From assembly GCA_903813345.2 (NCBI GenBank), contig CAIIXF020000001.1:682001-746000 (forward strand): DNA of 64,000 nt, written 5' to 3'. Position numbers and translations under genes: made by a program. The notes beneath the pieces are model-generated. The model worked only from the letters and a program-made list of their open reading frames with translations. It ran no database searches and had not been told where the DNA came from. Below are positions 1-13,581 of the stretch, piece after piece. The first letter of the stretch is position 1; every line of letters starts with the position of its first letter. The stretch comes from Owenia fusiformis (lineage: Eukaryota).

Positions 1-1400
1 TAGCAAAAGTGATTTAACAATGACAATTTTACCCATAACAGATAAACTTCTGCCATTCCATGATTTCATGATATTTTCACACTTGATACATTTTGGTTCA
101 AAATTAACATTATTTTCAACAACACTTGTTGAAGGACTAAAGGTAATTCCTAAAATCTGTATACAATTTTCTAGATATATTTTCCATTTAATTTCACCAG
201 GATTGTCCTTTCGATTTTTCCACTTAGCTAGCCACAAAGCTTCGGTCTTTTTAACATTTAATTTTAAACTCGACACATCATAAAAAGCTTTAAAAACATG
301 TATTGTATTATGAAAAGATTGATGATCATGTAAAAATAAAGAGGTATCATCTGCAAATTGCAGTATCTTTGTTTGATCGGCACACCCTTGAATTTTAATA
401 CCTTTTATGTTTTTTCTTGTCGAACCTTACAAGACAGTAGATCACAAGCTATTATAAATGTCAGTGGAGATAATGGGCAGCCCTGCCGAATGCCACGGTG
501 CAGATTAATGTCTCCAATTACCCATCCATTATTTAAAATGTGGTTATGGCCATTTTTATTAATAACATCAACCCATTTGATAAATGATGGTCCAAAACCA
601 AAGTACTCTAATGAATGCAACATGAATTCCTTAGATATCGAATCATACGCTTTTTCATAATCTATTGTTAGCATTATCCCTTGCACATTATTACTGTCAA
701 TATATACAATCAAATCATCCACCGCCCTTAAAATTGTAGCAGCACTTCTACCTTTAATGTAACCACTCTGGTCTTCATGAATAATTGTTTTAATTACAGT
801 TTTCAATCTATTAGCTAATATTTTCGTTGCAATCTTATAATCTACATTGGTCAGTGTCAAGGGACGCCAATTCTTTAACTCATCTCGAGGTAAGTTTTTT
901 GGGAATTAATACCATTAAGCCAGTTTTCTGTGAAGGAGATAGTTCTCCTTTAACAAAGCCTTCATTTAAAGATTCTAGTACACTATTTCCTATTTTAACA
1001 AAGAACATTTCATAAAATGCAGCTGTTATTCCATCTAACCCTGGGCTGGATTCATTTTTCATACCTTTAATTGCTGCTATACATTCATCTTTTGTTATTA
1101 AACCTTCACACTTGTTTTTGTTTTCATTGCTCAGTTTTGGAATTTCGACCCCATTTAAGAAGTCATCAAGAGTTGCTTTCCTGTATTGTATTTTCTTTGC
1201 ATAGAGATCACTGTAAAATCTATTAATTTCAGTTGCAATTTGTTTGTTATCACTTACTTTTAAGCCTCCATTAAGTTTCAAAGAATAAATGTGTTTTTAT
1301 TGGCTTTTGCCTTTTCTAAAGACAGAAAACATTTTGTGCTTTTTTCTCCTTTTTCGGACCATTGTGCCTTTGACCGTATTTGTGCACCCTTTGCTTCAGT
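1..1400 (-). mobile_element. L1/Tx1-clade non-LTR retrotransposon ORF2 fragment (reverse transcriptase), frameshifted, 5'-truncated, continuing beyond window start
   Basis: Minus-strand translation gives GAQIRSKAQW..GEKSTKCFLSLEK, SPGLDGITAAFY, WRPLTLTNVDYKI, DQSGYIKGRS, IDYEKAYDSI, RGIRQGCPLSPL, QFADDTSLFL and SWNGRSLSVMGKIVIVKSL, all typical of L1/Tx1 ORF2. Frame breaks near 880 and between about 360 and 410. Confidence 0.95.
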
Positions 1401-3705
1401 CAGTGATAACATTTCATATTGCATTTTACATTCATTTACCTTTTGATTATCTAGCTAATATCTTACATCTTACTGTAATTTATACCAGATTTAGAGGCTC
1501 TCGGAAGTAAAATCTAAATATATTGCTAATTGTTCGGTCATCATTGCTTAATCAATAAATTAGTTACATCTTACTGTAATTTAGAGGCTCTCGGAAATTA
1601 CAATGTTCGAATTGAAAAATAAATGGCGTGCCGAACAGTTGAGCAGTACCTTCTATAATAAAATGCTATTAGGACATGCGACCCTTCGTGTTATCATTTA
1701 AAGTGATGCATAAACAAAGTGATTATCAACATCATCATCGTTAGTTTGACACTTCTAGTTGATTACGAAAACAATAACGAGTCAGCGTTGACCAAAAATT
1801 AACTTAACAATACATACATAACGATGTATTCGAAACGAAACGAAAGTTGCCAATTGTGCAAAGTGCGATTGACAGAATCAATTATAGTGCTACGATTTCT
1901 AAAGAGACTTTGTACGATTATACCCTTCTCTGCGCGCATGGTAGTACGACTAGTAAATGGGGACACCAATATTTTCTTTAGTAAAATGGGACGCCCATAT
2001 CATATTCTCATTGTATTTCGGCTCAATGACGTCAACTGTTGAAGAGGTCATATTCAGGTTGGCATTTTATCATTTCAACGATTATACAAACTCGATGCAG
2101 TTATTTAAGTCAAAACGTCAGCAAATACCGTCACTGAGAGGGTGTGTTTTAAGCTATAATATCGGCTTAATGCAGAGTTGAAAAATATGTTTTCTCTCAA
2201 TGATAAGACGATTGGCATTGAAAGCATTGAAAAGATTTGACAACAAATCCATTTTAGCCAAACGGGGATCAATGCAACAAAGAACGATAACGAAGACAAT
2301 TATTATCTTGTTCTTTACAGCAGAGAAGATCAATAAAAATCTTAACAGTCTTGGCTCCGCAAAAATACAAGCAACTGATAATAATGTTTTTCATTACAAT
2401 CTGTAATTGCTCTTCAGAGGAGTACAAAGCTGTCCACTTTCATGAGTTACAGATGTTCGAAAATTTCTTTAACAGGATATTCATCTTATTTCCTTCCCCC
2501 AAACGCATACAACAGACCAATACAGAGAATTATACCACCTATCGTTTATAGTAATAGGGTAGAAATGGGATTTACTTATTGTTAAATTTCACAAGGCTTC
2601 TTACAGCATTGGTTAGAAACACTGCTGTATGACATCAACAAATACAGCATAGTTTTCTTGGTTAAAAGGACCAGGATTTCTAAGAAAGGTGTATTGATCT
2701 GTATGATGACGAATAATCAATTTGGCAGTAAAATGAGCTGTCTCTGTCGCTTCAGAGCTCTTTAAGTCATTACATTGACACATCGAAGCAACAAGTGTCA
2801 CTCATGTCAAAACATATCAAATTGGATTTTTATCTTGTTACCAACTAGCTAAGTGCTTGAAATCAGTTATTTCCGACTCCCGTCAAGTTTTTCCATTTGA
2901 TTTATGCATGTGAAATAATACATTTCCGATATAGGGTAGTTCTAATCGTATTGTCACCTTGGGGTCGTTTGACTGTTTTCAGAAAATGAGTGTGCAGAAA
3001 AATGGTTTGTATAATTAAGTTTGAGTTCAGACATACCCTTTGCATTAGTTCGATTGAGCTTCAGTGGTTTATAACTAGACTGCGTGCAGGGTAACTCAGA
3101 CACTAAGAAAGGTTGTGAGATGTTCGTGCAACAGGTAAGCGATCTTGTCTAAACACAATGAATTTGCTTCTGTTAGCAAATATCACGAGTTATTCAATGA
3201 TCGAGGGAAATACAGAAAATATTTTGCCCGAGAAGGTCTGTCTCCACGATGAGCTAGCAGAGTCATATGGACCAATCAGATTGCAGGGAATTTTATCATC
3301 ATAGAATAAGCCAAAATATTGGCCAAAAATGTATTAAACACAACAGGGGAAAACACAACCAGCTGTAAGATGTAAGAAAATAAAACCCCTGCATCCCAAA
3401 CAATCATTCTAGCTCTATATGAATTTTGAACCTTGTGTGATGTATCTTTGAAAACATATTGAAATGTTTTCGACTTATTACATTCATCATACTCATTTCT
3501 TTTTTCCTCGATGGGTCGTATACATAACAATACAGCAAACCATCAGACAGTTACCCAATCTATATTTCTGTTGTTTATGCCACTTTGGTTTAATATCGAA
3601 TCAAAGTTCTCACAATAGACCTATTACAATAACTCAACGTCGTTCAAACTGTTTCAAATCACGAGATCGACCAAAGAACCATGGAACTCTCGAACAAATA
3701 TTGCT

Positions 3706-6700
3706 TTGTTTAAGTGTAAGTGTGTTCTGGAAGGGAAGTCGTATTTCCTACGGAGGTTGTTTGTGTCAGTGTACTGTTCTGGAAGAGGAGTCATATGTCC
3801 TACGGAGGTTGTTTGTGTAAGTGTGTTCTGGGAGGGGAGTCGTATGTCCTACGGAGGTTGTTTGTGTAAGTGTGTTCTGGAAGGGAAGTCGTATTTCCTA
3901 CGTAGGTTGTTTGTGTAAGTGTACTGTTCTGGAAGGGGAGTCATATGTCCTACGGAGGTTGTTTGTGTAAGTGTGTTCTGGGAGGGGAGTCGTCTTTCCT
4001 ACGTAGGTTGTTTGTGTAAGTGCACTGTTCTGGAAGGGGAGTCATATGTCCTACGGAGGTTGTTTGTGTAAGTGTGTTCTGGAAGGGAAGTCGTATTTCC
4101 TACGTAGGTTGTTTGTGTAAGTGTACTGTTCTGGAAGGGGAGTCATATGTCCTACGGAGGTTGTTTGTGTAAGTCTGTTCTTGAAGGGGAGTCGTATGTC
4201 CTACGGAGGTTGTTTGTGTAAGTGTGTTCTGGAAGGGAGTCGTATGTCCTACGGAGGTTATTTGTGTAAGTGTGTTCTGGGAGGGGAGTCGTATGTCCTA
4301 CGGAGGTTGTTTGTGTAAGTGTGTTCTGGAAGGGAGTCGTATGTCCTACAGAGGTTGTTTGTGTAAGTGTGTTCTGGGAGGAGAGTCGTATGTCCTACGG
4401 AGGTTGTTTGTGTGTACATGTGTTCTGGAAGGGAGTCGTATGTCCTACGGATGTTGTTTGTGTAAGTGTGTTCTGGGAGGGGAGTCGTATTTCCTACGGA
4501 GGTTTTTTGTGTAAGTGTGTTCTGGAAGGGAGTCGTATGTCTTACGGAGGTTGTTTGTGTAAGTGTGTTCTGGGAGAGGAGTCGTATTTCCTACGGAGGT
4601 TGTTTGTGTGTACATGTGTTCTGGAAGGGGAGTCGTATGTCCTACGGAGGTTGTTTGTGTAAGTGTACTGTTCTGGAAGGGGAGTCGTATGTCCTACGGA
4701 GGTTGTTTGTGTAAGTGTGTTCTGGGAGGGGAGTCGTATGTCCTACGGAGGTTGTTTGTGTGTACATGTGTTCTGGAAGGGAGTCGTATATCCTACGGAG
4801 GTTGTTTGTGTGTACATGTGTTCTGGAAGGGAGTCATAATTCCTACGGAGGTTGTTTGTGTGTACATGTGTTCTGGGAGGGGAGTCATAATTCCTACGGA
4901 GGTTGTTTGTGTGTACATGTGTTCTGGGAGGGGAGTCATATGTCCTACGGAGGTTGTTTGTGTGTACATGTGTTCTGGAAGGGGAGTCGTATGTCTTACG
5001 GGGGTTGTTTGTGTAAGTGTGTTCTGGAAGGGGAGTCGTATGTCTTACGGGGGTTGTTTGTGTAAGTGTGTTCTGGAAGGGGAGTCGTATGTCTTACGGA
5101 GATTGTTAGTGTAAGTGTGTTCTGGGAGGGGAGTCGTATGTCCTACGGAGGTTGTTTGTGTAAGTGTGTTCTGGGAGGGAGTCGTATTTCCTACGGAGGT
5201 TGTTGTGTAAGTGTGTTCTGGGAGGGGAGTCGTATGTCCTACGGAGGTTGTTTGTGTAAGTGTGTTCTGGAAGAGGAGTCGTATGTCCTACGGAGGTTGT
5301 TTGTGTAAGTGTGTTCTGGAAGGGGAGTCGTATGTCCTACGGAGGTTGTTTGTGTAAGTGTGTTCTGGAAGGGAGTCGTATGTCTTACGGAGGTTGTTTG
5401 TGTGTACATGTGTTCTGGAAGGGAGTCGTATGTCTTACGGAGGTTGTTAGTGTAAGTGTGTTCTGGAAGAGGAGTCGTATGTTATACAGAGGTTGTTTGT
5501 GTAAGTGTGTTCTGGAAGGAAGTCGTATGTCTTACGGAGGTTGTTTGTGTGTACATGTGTTCTGGAAGGGGAGTCGTATGTCCTACGGAGGTTGTTTGTG
5601 TAAGTGTGTTCTGGAAGGGGAGTCGTATGTCTTACGGAGGTTGTTTGGTTAAGTGTGTTCTGGAAGGGAAGTCGTATTTCCTACGGAGGTTGTTAGTGTA
5701 AGTGTGTTCTGGAAGTGAGACGTATGTCTTACGGAGGTTGTTTGTGTAAGTGTGTTCTGGAAGGGGAGTCGTATTTCCTACGGAGATTGTTTGTGTAAGT
5801 GTGTTCTGGAAGGGAGTCTTATGTCTTACGGAGGTTGTTTGTGTAAGTGTGTTCTGGAAGGGGAGTCATATGTCTTACGGAGGTTGTTTGTGTGTACATG
5901 TGTTCTGGAAGGGGAGTCGTATGTCCTACGGAGGTTGTTTGTGTAAGTGTGTTCTGGAAGGGAGTCGTATTTCCTACGGAGGTTGTTTGGTTAAGTGTGT
6001 TCTGGAGGGGAGTCGTATGTCCTACGGAGGTTGTTTGTGTAAGTGTGTTCTGGAAGGGAGTCGTATATCCTACGGAGGTTGTTTGTGTAAGTGTGTTCTG
6101 GAAGTGAGACGTATGTCTTACGGAGGTTGTTTGTGTAAGTGTGTTCTGGGAGGGGAGTCGTATGTCCTACGGAGGTTGTTTGTGTAAGTGTGTTCTGGAA
6201 GGAAGTAGTATGTCTTACGGAGGTTGTTTGTGTGTACATGTGTTCTGGAAGGGGAGTCGTATGTCTTACGGAGGTTGTTAGTGTAAACGTGTCTTGGAGG
6301 GGAGTCGTATGTCTTACGGAGGTTGTTTGTGTAAGTGTGTTCAGGAAGGGAGTCGTATATCCTACGGAGGTTGTTTGTGTAAGTGTGTTCTGGAAGTGAG
6401 ACGTATGTCTTACGGAGGTTGTTTGTGTAAGTGTGTTCTGGGAGGGGAGTCGTATGTCCTACGGAGGTTGCTTGTGTAAGTGTGTTCTGGAAGGAAGTAG
6501 TATGTCTTACGGAGGTTGTTTGTGTGTACATGTGTTCTGGAAGGGGAGTCGTATGTCTTACGGAGGTTGTTAGTGTAAACGTGTTCTGGAAGGGAGTCGT
6601 ATGTCCTACGGATGTTGTTTGTGTAAGTGTGTTCTAGAAGGAAGTCGTATGTCCTACGGAGGTTGTTTGTGTGTACATGTGTTCTGGAAGGGAGTCGTAT

Positions 6701-6908
6701 GTCTTACGGAGGTTGTTAGTGTAAGTGTGTTCTGGGAAGGGAGTCGTATGTTATACAGAGGTTGTTTGTGTAAGTGTGTTCTGGAAGGGAGTCGTATGTC
6801 CTACGGAGGTTGTTTGTGTAAGTGTGTTCTGGAAGTGAGACGTATGTCTTACGGAGGTTGTTTGTGTAAGTGTGTTCTGGAAGAGGAGTCGTATGTCCTA
6901 CGGAGGTT
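3706..6908. repeat. Minisatellite, 48-49 bp unit (variants to about 52 bp), roughly 65 copies
   Basis: Consensus GTAAGTGTGTTCTGGAAGGG(G)AGTCGTATGTCCTACGGAGGTTGTTTGT, head-to-tail with no spacers. Variant GAAGTGAGAC recurs at 6101 and 6393 (292 bp apart, 6 units). Confidence 0.98.
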
Positions 6909-8329
6909 GATTAATGTCTACTACAATTAATTCTAAAATTAAAATCAGTTTTAGGCAGAAATGAAATTAACCATTTTGATCAGCTTCGTTAACCAATTTG
7001 CACAAAAATAACATTCAATCTGATAAACGTATGTCCGAAAAGTGACATTTGCGGAGAAATTAAGTGTTGAGGGTTTTATGAACGATGTACAAACATGTAA
7101 ATTGAAATAAATGTCTTCGTTAAACCATTAATCCCATGTTTTTGCTGTTATACGTAATGCTTCGATGAAAAGCCTTTTTCTCCGACCTGTATATAAATAT
7201 AAACGTTCAAAACAGGTCTACTCATCTCTAGCCTCAATTGTCAGTTATCCAAAGACCCGTGTGCTTGTAAAATCACACGGATCCACAAAGAAAGGTACAT
7301 CCCTTAAAACATTTTGAAATGACATTTTGTCACCAATTCGAGGAACACATTCATGACGACCTGTCACAAAATATTCCCTTTTGATGATGTTTAGCATTTA
7401 GATTGGATTTTTTCATTCCTTTGCATTTCGAAATCTAATAATTCTGAAATAGATGGACAAATTGAACGAACCTTAAATTGTATTTTATGTCAATAACAGA
7501 TTCTTTTTCTCGATACATCGAGTTTTTTTTAAATAACACTAACGTTTATAATAATTGTCCAATTTTGTATAATACGAGCATGATTTATAAGCCAAAAGTT
7601 GAATGGTTCCTGAATTATTTTAAGATTTTGTATAAACGAGGGCGATAGTCCGAGTTCAAAGCCAAACATTACATGTATCTGATAGCCCCAATCTTGAAAT
7701 CTATTTCATAGTATCACAGGCAAATAAAACGGGTTGGTTTAAAATCGCATTCGCATAACAATAAATGAGATACATACATATATATAGTTTTACCTGAAAT
7801 GAGTAAATAACTTGGGAACATTATAATAACACTATTGCATGATATTACCAGAATGGTTTTCCAACCATCCATGTCGATTCCAATATGATATTGAACTACC
7901 ATAACAATGAATTCGATTACGGTTGTAAATTGATTCCTTACAAGACACGTTTATTCAACTGCCCACTTGTGTTCATCTTAATTAGTTAACCCACCACGGC
8001 CATCTGATGAAAATGTTCATGAAAAGTTTCTTTCTTCAGCGAAAAGGTTTTGAACAAAAACGGTGATATAATGTTCCTACCTTTCTCTTTAGGATGGTGT
8101 ATTTTATTGTACTTCTCAATTGCCGGAGTTGTTCGTTGCCATGAAAATCATCTTTATACACTTTTATTTTGAGCTAAGAGCTATCGTAATTTGTGTAGAA
8201 TAATAATCCACATCGATCAATTTACATTAACCCCGCTCGACTCCTTTTTGTTGTTTCATTGTAAACTCACATATCCGGGTAACTTTACGTATTGTACATT
8301 TTAGTTGTAAACAATAGTAGTGCCCATTT

Positions 8330-8820
8330 CTGCTATATTTTCATTTATTTTAAATTCTCATGCTTCGTGATCCAATCCACACTGAATGAGAACATAATAA
8401 TAATTTGATGTCCCCGGACCGATGTCTTCAAAACAATGGCAATTCACTCCTCCAATCGATCAGTGTGAAACATGCACGTAAAGCTTTTGCGCTAATGCAA
8501 TTATATCGATGTAGAATGATGACGATTTCTGATAATGCTCCTAATGTATAACAATTAAGGATTACGACTAAATTGAGATGTTGATGTATCCTTGAATCTT
8601 CTCAATAGATTTCTTATTAGGACTCTAGTTAAATGTTCATGTATACAGAATCATGGCACTATCATGACTGTGAAGCAATTAACCAGGTATGGATTAGGGA
8701 CAACCCGTGAACACAGCCGATGATTGTTTTGAGGGATATATGTGCATCCTCAGTTAGTACCATATATCAACAATACCTTACCAATGCCAGCTCCTATCCC
8801 AGTCTCACAAAGGATGACTT
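8330..8820 (+). repeat. Diverged duplicated segment, copy A (paralogous to about 18364-18860)
   Basis: Shared colinear runs such as TGATCCAATCCACA, AAAACAATGGCAATTCACTCCTCC, AAACATGCACGTAAAGCTTTTG and TAATGCAATTATATCGATGTAGAATGATGACGATTTCTGATAATGCTCC. Confidence 0.9.
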
Positions 8821-9028
8821 CAACGTCACTTTATGTAACAAGAACGGGGTTAATCACCCATTTTTAATAATCAACTACTTCTAAATGTATTGATTCTTCT
8901 ACAGAAATGTTAGATTTTACAGACATCCTTTCGAATTGACAAAGTCTATCCAATGTCCCATGATGTAGGTATTCAACAGTGTGGTTCGGTAGTCTTTGCT
9001 ATCTTACGTATACGCATGCATTCCAAAC

Positions 9029-9234
9029 TTATTAGCGCGTCCGTGTCCGTGTCCAGCAATGAATTGTAGACGTCAATATCTCCGAAGGAACTTAGCGTAG
9101 TAATTTATATTTAGTTCCATATGCAAACGCCAAGAATCGAAATAATCCCGTAACCAATCCCCATTGGCCCATGACCATCACTATCAAAGTATTGAAGCCA
9201 TTTAAAATATTGCGCGCGTTTCTTGTAACTAGTT
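9029..9234 (+). mobile_element. Possible Helentron-associated (HINE/DINE-like) non-autonomous element
   Basis: Begins TTATTAG, followed by a short GTCCGT microsatellite and AATATCTC, and ends ...CTAGTT. The layout resembles HINE/pearl-type elements, but it is degenerate. Confidence 0.3.
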
Positions 9235-10889
9235 ACATGTACACGCGTCTTAAATTATCACATTGGAATTGAGATGTCGAATTTGACATCATATGCTATG
9301 TTCTGGATATGTCAATAACAGATGATCCGAATGAGTAATTCGCACTATTTCAATGTCTTTGGCCTAATTTGATGAGACGATGTGGAAACGATAAGTGTCA
9401 TTCAGAATAAGTATTCACTTTCCAGCTTTTAACAGTTTTATTTCTAATCTAAAGTACTGATTCAGTCCTATATATGTAAGATGAAGAGACAAGCCATAAT
9501 TCATTAGAATCATCGCTTCGACCCATCGCTTTCGTTTCGGAGGACTACACACGGATGTAATGCTTAATAACTCAGATGGAGTAGTAAGTTGCCAGTTTCA
9601 CCACCAGGTGGCTCGTTCGGGTCAGATAGAATGGCGGGTATAGTAGAAAGTTACCTTTAACTTTAACTTTAGTAGTTTAATTTCCATTCACTCCAATGTA
9701 TCTAATAGTTATGCAAATTAAAGTTTGACAAGTTAGAGAATATATTATCTGTCCAAATCAATAAAAGATATTGCATTTTTCGTGATTTTATAACATGGGG
9801 TCTATGGAGAATCTCCCCGAACAAGTAGTCACATTTTCAAATAAAAATTTAAAGTTGATAAACAATTTTCGAAACCATATTTCTAGATATTCAAATATGA
9901 CATCACTTTGACTGAATTTTGAATAGTCAATGACGTAAATCAAGATTATTTCTACTCGCATCTAGTCTTGATATAAACATTTTTCTTTTTTCGTCCTTTA
10001 TCTTTATGTAAAATAACAAGTTACAATATCAACATTTGTATGCCTCGTCGACACTCGTATGGACCCTGGTTTAGTATATTGTATTTACCCCACTTATTCT
10101 AATGTGAAATAGTGGAATTGAAATTGAATTAAAAATTGAGATTGTTGTCTATTTAATGACTTCGTAGGATTGATCTTATGAATCCATCAGCGTAACCCAA
10201 GCGCTTCCTTCATAAACGTTGATGAATCCCATTCGTTCATTATTAGACACCAACTTCAATTTGAAATTCATTATTTCTTAATTTATTTATACTTCTGTAT
10301 TCGCAGTCTGTTATCAAAAGTCCCGATTGCCATTTTATCATTATTAAGAAAAATCAGATTACATTAATGTATTATGGATAGTCCGGAACTGAAGCGGATA
10401 TTGTAAAGGAAATGGGTATTGAAAAATGGGCGATTTTACGTATTTTATTGATTAAAAACACTCTGCTAAAGGCAAATAATGTGTATTTAACAGATTGAAT
10501 ATACCTTTAAATAATTTGTGTCTCTACAATTACATTTTGAAATATCACCCCTCAAACTATTGCGTACTTCTGCATTACAAATAAACCGTGAACATAAAAT
10601 TTGAATCAGATGATAATACTTGAAATGTTATATGCATGTCCTGCAGGTGTTATTAACTTCAGAATTTCACTGGATATAATAACCGGTTGCGCAACGTCTA
10701 TTATATATGAGATCATGCTAAAAAATGTGAAAATATATAAGAAAACATTGTATTCCTAAGCTCAACAACATTTTAAAGCGCAACCTGTCATGAGGAAACA
10801 ACCCCAAGTATCCCAAATTATGATCAAAGGCGCCTAACAACCAAATATTTCCCGCCATTCAGGAATTAATGTCCCACTCCAAAACTAGG

Positions 10890-11085
10890 AAATATCCAAG
10901 CACAGATGCCAAATGGAAAGAACCGAAACAGTAAAAAAAGCTAGCAAGAAAAGCAAACCCTAAGTGTAAACCTGTCATAAGAAAAATATACCCTATTTAA
11001 CCCAAAACCATGATCCAACTTGAAAAGATAAAATGTCTGAAATTCCCCTTCCCCTTTAATCGAAAACCAATATCACAATCATAGA
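10890..11085 (+). repeat. Dispersed repeat family X, copy 1
   Basis: CAAGAAAAGCAAAC..TAAGTGTAAA.CTGTCA core and ...AATCGA.AACCAATATCACAATC tail shared with 13339-13516. Core also at 49395-49500 (inverted) and, degraded, at about 48700-48795. Confidence 0.8.
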
Positions 11086-13338
11086 AATAGAAAATAGAAA
11101 CACAACATGTAGAAAACAGTTTTAATTCATTTTGGGACGTGTGTGCAACTGGGACTCATTTATTAATAGCATATTTGGTATGTTAACTAGCATTACGTTA
11201 GCGAATGGGGTTTATTGTACAATTAAAGGAGATAATCCTATAAAATACCAAGTTAGACTTAATCATAGCAAATCATGGCTGTCGTAAATCATCATTTTAA
11301 TACACCATAAGGCTAACAGATATACACTATCAACTTATCCAACCTGACGTTTGCCATAAAATATTTATTCAACCGTTCTTGGTCTAAACGGCATACGGCC
11401 ATTCTTTCAAAGTGTTTACTTACTCGGGTACATCATCGTTCCACTCTGCAACGAATTGAACAGATTTCTGCAAGCAAATGCTCACATTGAATTGACAGGA
11501 ACTGTTACATATTCCTAAAACGTGACTTGGGAGGGGGATGGAGATCATTTCTCAAGAAATGCGCTAGTACCTCGCAAAACGCATATTTTATATCTTCTAT
11601 ATATTCCCATTGATACATTTGGCTATTCACAATGTTATTTTTGGTTGAAAATTTCTTTAAAGAGAGTCGTCATCCTAAATAATTCCTTACAAATTAGTTC
11701 ATCGTTTCTACTTGGATCAGATCTCACCATATTTCATATCAATTCGTCCGTCGTTTTGGTTCAGTGTCCCGTCTTAAAAATCATTCAATTGAATTGTCTG
11801 GGACCAGTTCCTTTGATAGAATGTGCGTATTAAGATTTGGATATAACTTGTGTCTTTTACAATCTAATTGGATTCTATAACCTGCCCTTTGATTATATTT
11901 GCATTAACCGACAAGGTTTATGTGGTTGTATATATACAAGTCCGTATCTGAAAAAAATGTACCCATTAAGAATGCTTGAACACTAAACTCAGCTTATATT
12001 TCATTTCATTGATTCTGAAATTCCTTTCCCCACTAATTCATTGCAAAACACATGGAACAGATATTTGTGCTATTAATATGTACAAATAAGAGGCTTAAAC
12101 ATTGGCGTTAAAAGCCTCTCTCTGATCTGTTGAAATGGCAGCGATTCTGTTTCGATGTACAAAACACCTACAATGAGGCGCTCTGTTTTTTGTTAAGTCT
12201 GATAACTGGTGGTCGATATATACGATAATGCACTTTAAATCTCAATCAACAATCGACGTTGTGGTAAAGTAAGATCTTTATTGCTGCTAAAGCTCCTAAT
12301 GATCGTACATTTCCATATATTTTTAGACTTTATAGATCCAGATATCATAGCGGGGAGTATCTATTGTGGCTACCAGATATTCATCTCCAGATCTTGTAAC
12401 ATGTTCACCTTGCAAGATAAAGTCAAGAAGGGATCTGAATAAATCAGAAAATCAGAATTGGAAACATCAGAAACGTATTCCTGATCAGGATCATATAATT
12501 TGTGCGGCATAAAACAAACATGCAAAAGTTTCATCTCTGTCGCTTCTCAGAAGTATAATTCACATGCTGTTTAAGGAAAGTTATAAAAGTTGGGTAAAAA
12601 GCCATAAAACCGTCGGTTGTCGAATTTCAGTAAGCACCATATAATATGCTGATATGGCGGCATTTGATTTGATCAAAATGTGATTAGTCGGGAAGCAAAT
12701 GAGCTTACGATGACGCAAAGAATCTCACTAATCCAAAACTAATGATTGTTTAGGATGATCTAATGACGTATTGTTAATAAAGCACGTGTTCTGATAATTA
12801 TAGCTTTTCCTCCCGAGGATGTTCCTCATTTCAGATCACAAGAAATATCATCCCCACGATCATTTTTTCCATTTACTTTATACCCCCTTTGAAACACAAG
12901 CAATTACTCCTTCCGTTGCACAATATATAATTGTGTATTAAGACTAATAGTTCTTAGGTTATTCCACGTGTCAGGTAATTGATTTGAAGTAGTTCATAAT
13001 TTGAAGCTATAGTCTGAAGTTATTGTAAAGTTAAGACAGAGTCAGGAGTATAAGTAGTTACAAAATTGCACGCAACGTGTGTGATTGACCTGCCAATGTA
13101 TTATTTATCATCTCAAATAAATTATAAAGAAAATGACACATTATATCTTATCAGTGAAGTTATTGAAGAAGTAAGGGTACGAAGTTGTGCAATTTCTCCA
13201 AAATAATAGGATCCGCATTTTTCGAAAATGAAGCCATAATCATATTTTTGTTTTTTCTTTAATAACATATGAACTTTGGTAGTCTACGAAATTATATATG
13301 AAAAGACGTAATATGTTGGTAAAGTTAGATCGTCGAAT

Positions 13339-13516
13339 ATATAAGCGCAAATGCCAAAAAGGAAGGGTGACGAAAAACTTTAAAGAAACCCAACAAGAAA
13401 AGCAAACTGTAAGTGTAAATCTGTCAAACGAAATCTCAAAACCGCGATCTAACGTGAAAAGAAACAATGTCTAAAATCCCCCTCCCTCCTCCAATCGAGA
13501 ACCAATATCACAATCC
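13339..13516 (+). repeat. Dispersed repeat family X, copy 2
   Basis: ATATAAGCGCAAATGCCAAA..GAAGGGTGAC.AAAAACT..AAAGAAACCCAACAAGAAAAGCAAACTGTAAGTGTAAATCTGTCA is nearly identical to the reverse complement of 49412-49499. Confidence 0.85.
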
Positions 13517-13581
13517 AGGACCAGAACACCAAGGGACGTTTCATTCAGACTGAAGTCATTACAATACAAGTTGAAGAAAAA

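Noticed and set aside
3706..6930. Cys-rich ORFs (GGCLCKCVL)n as metallothionein- or keratin-like proteins
   Set aside because: Unit length varies from 48 to 52 bp with constant frameshifts, so this is a satellite artefact.
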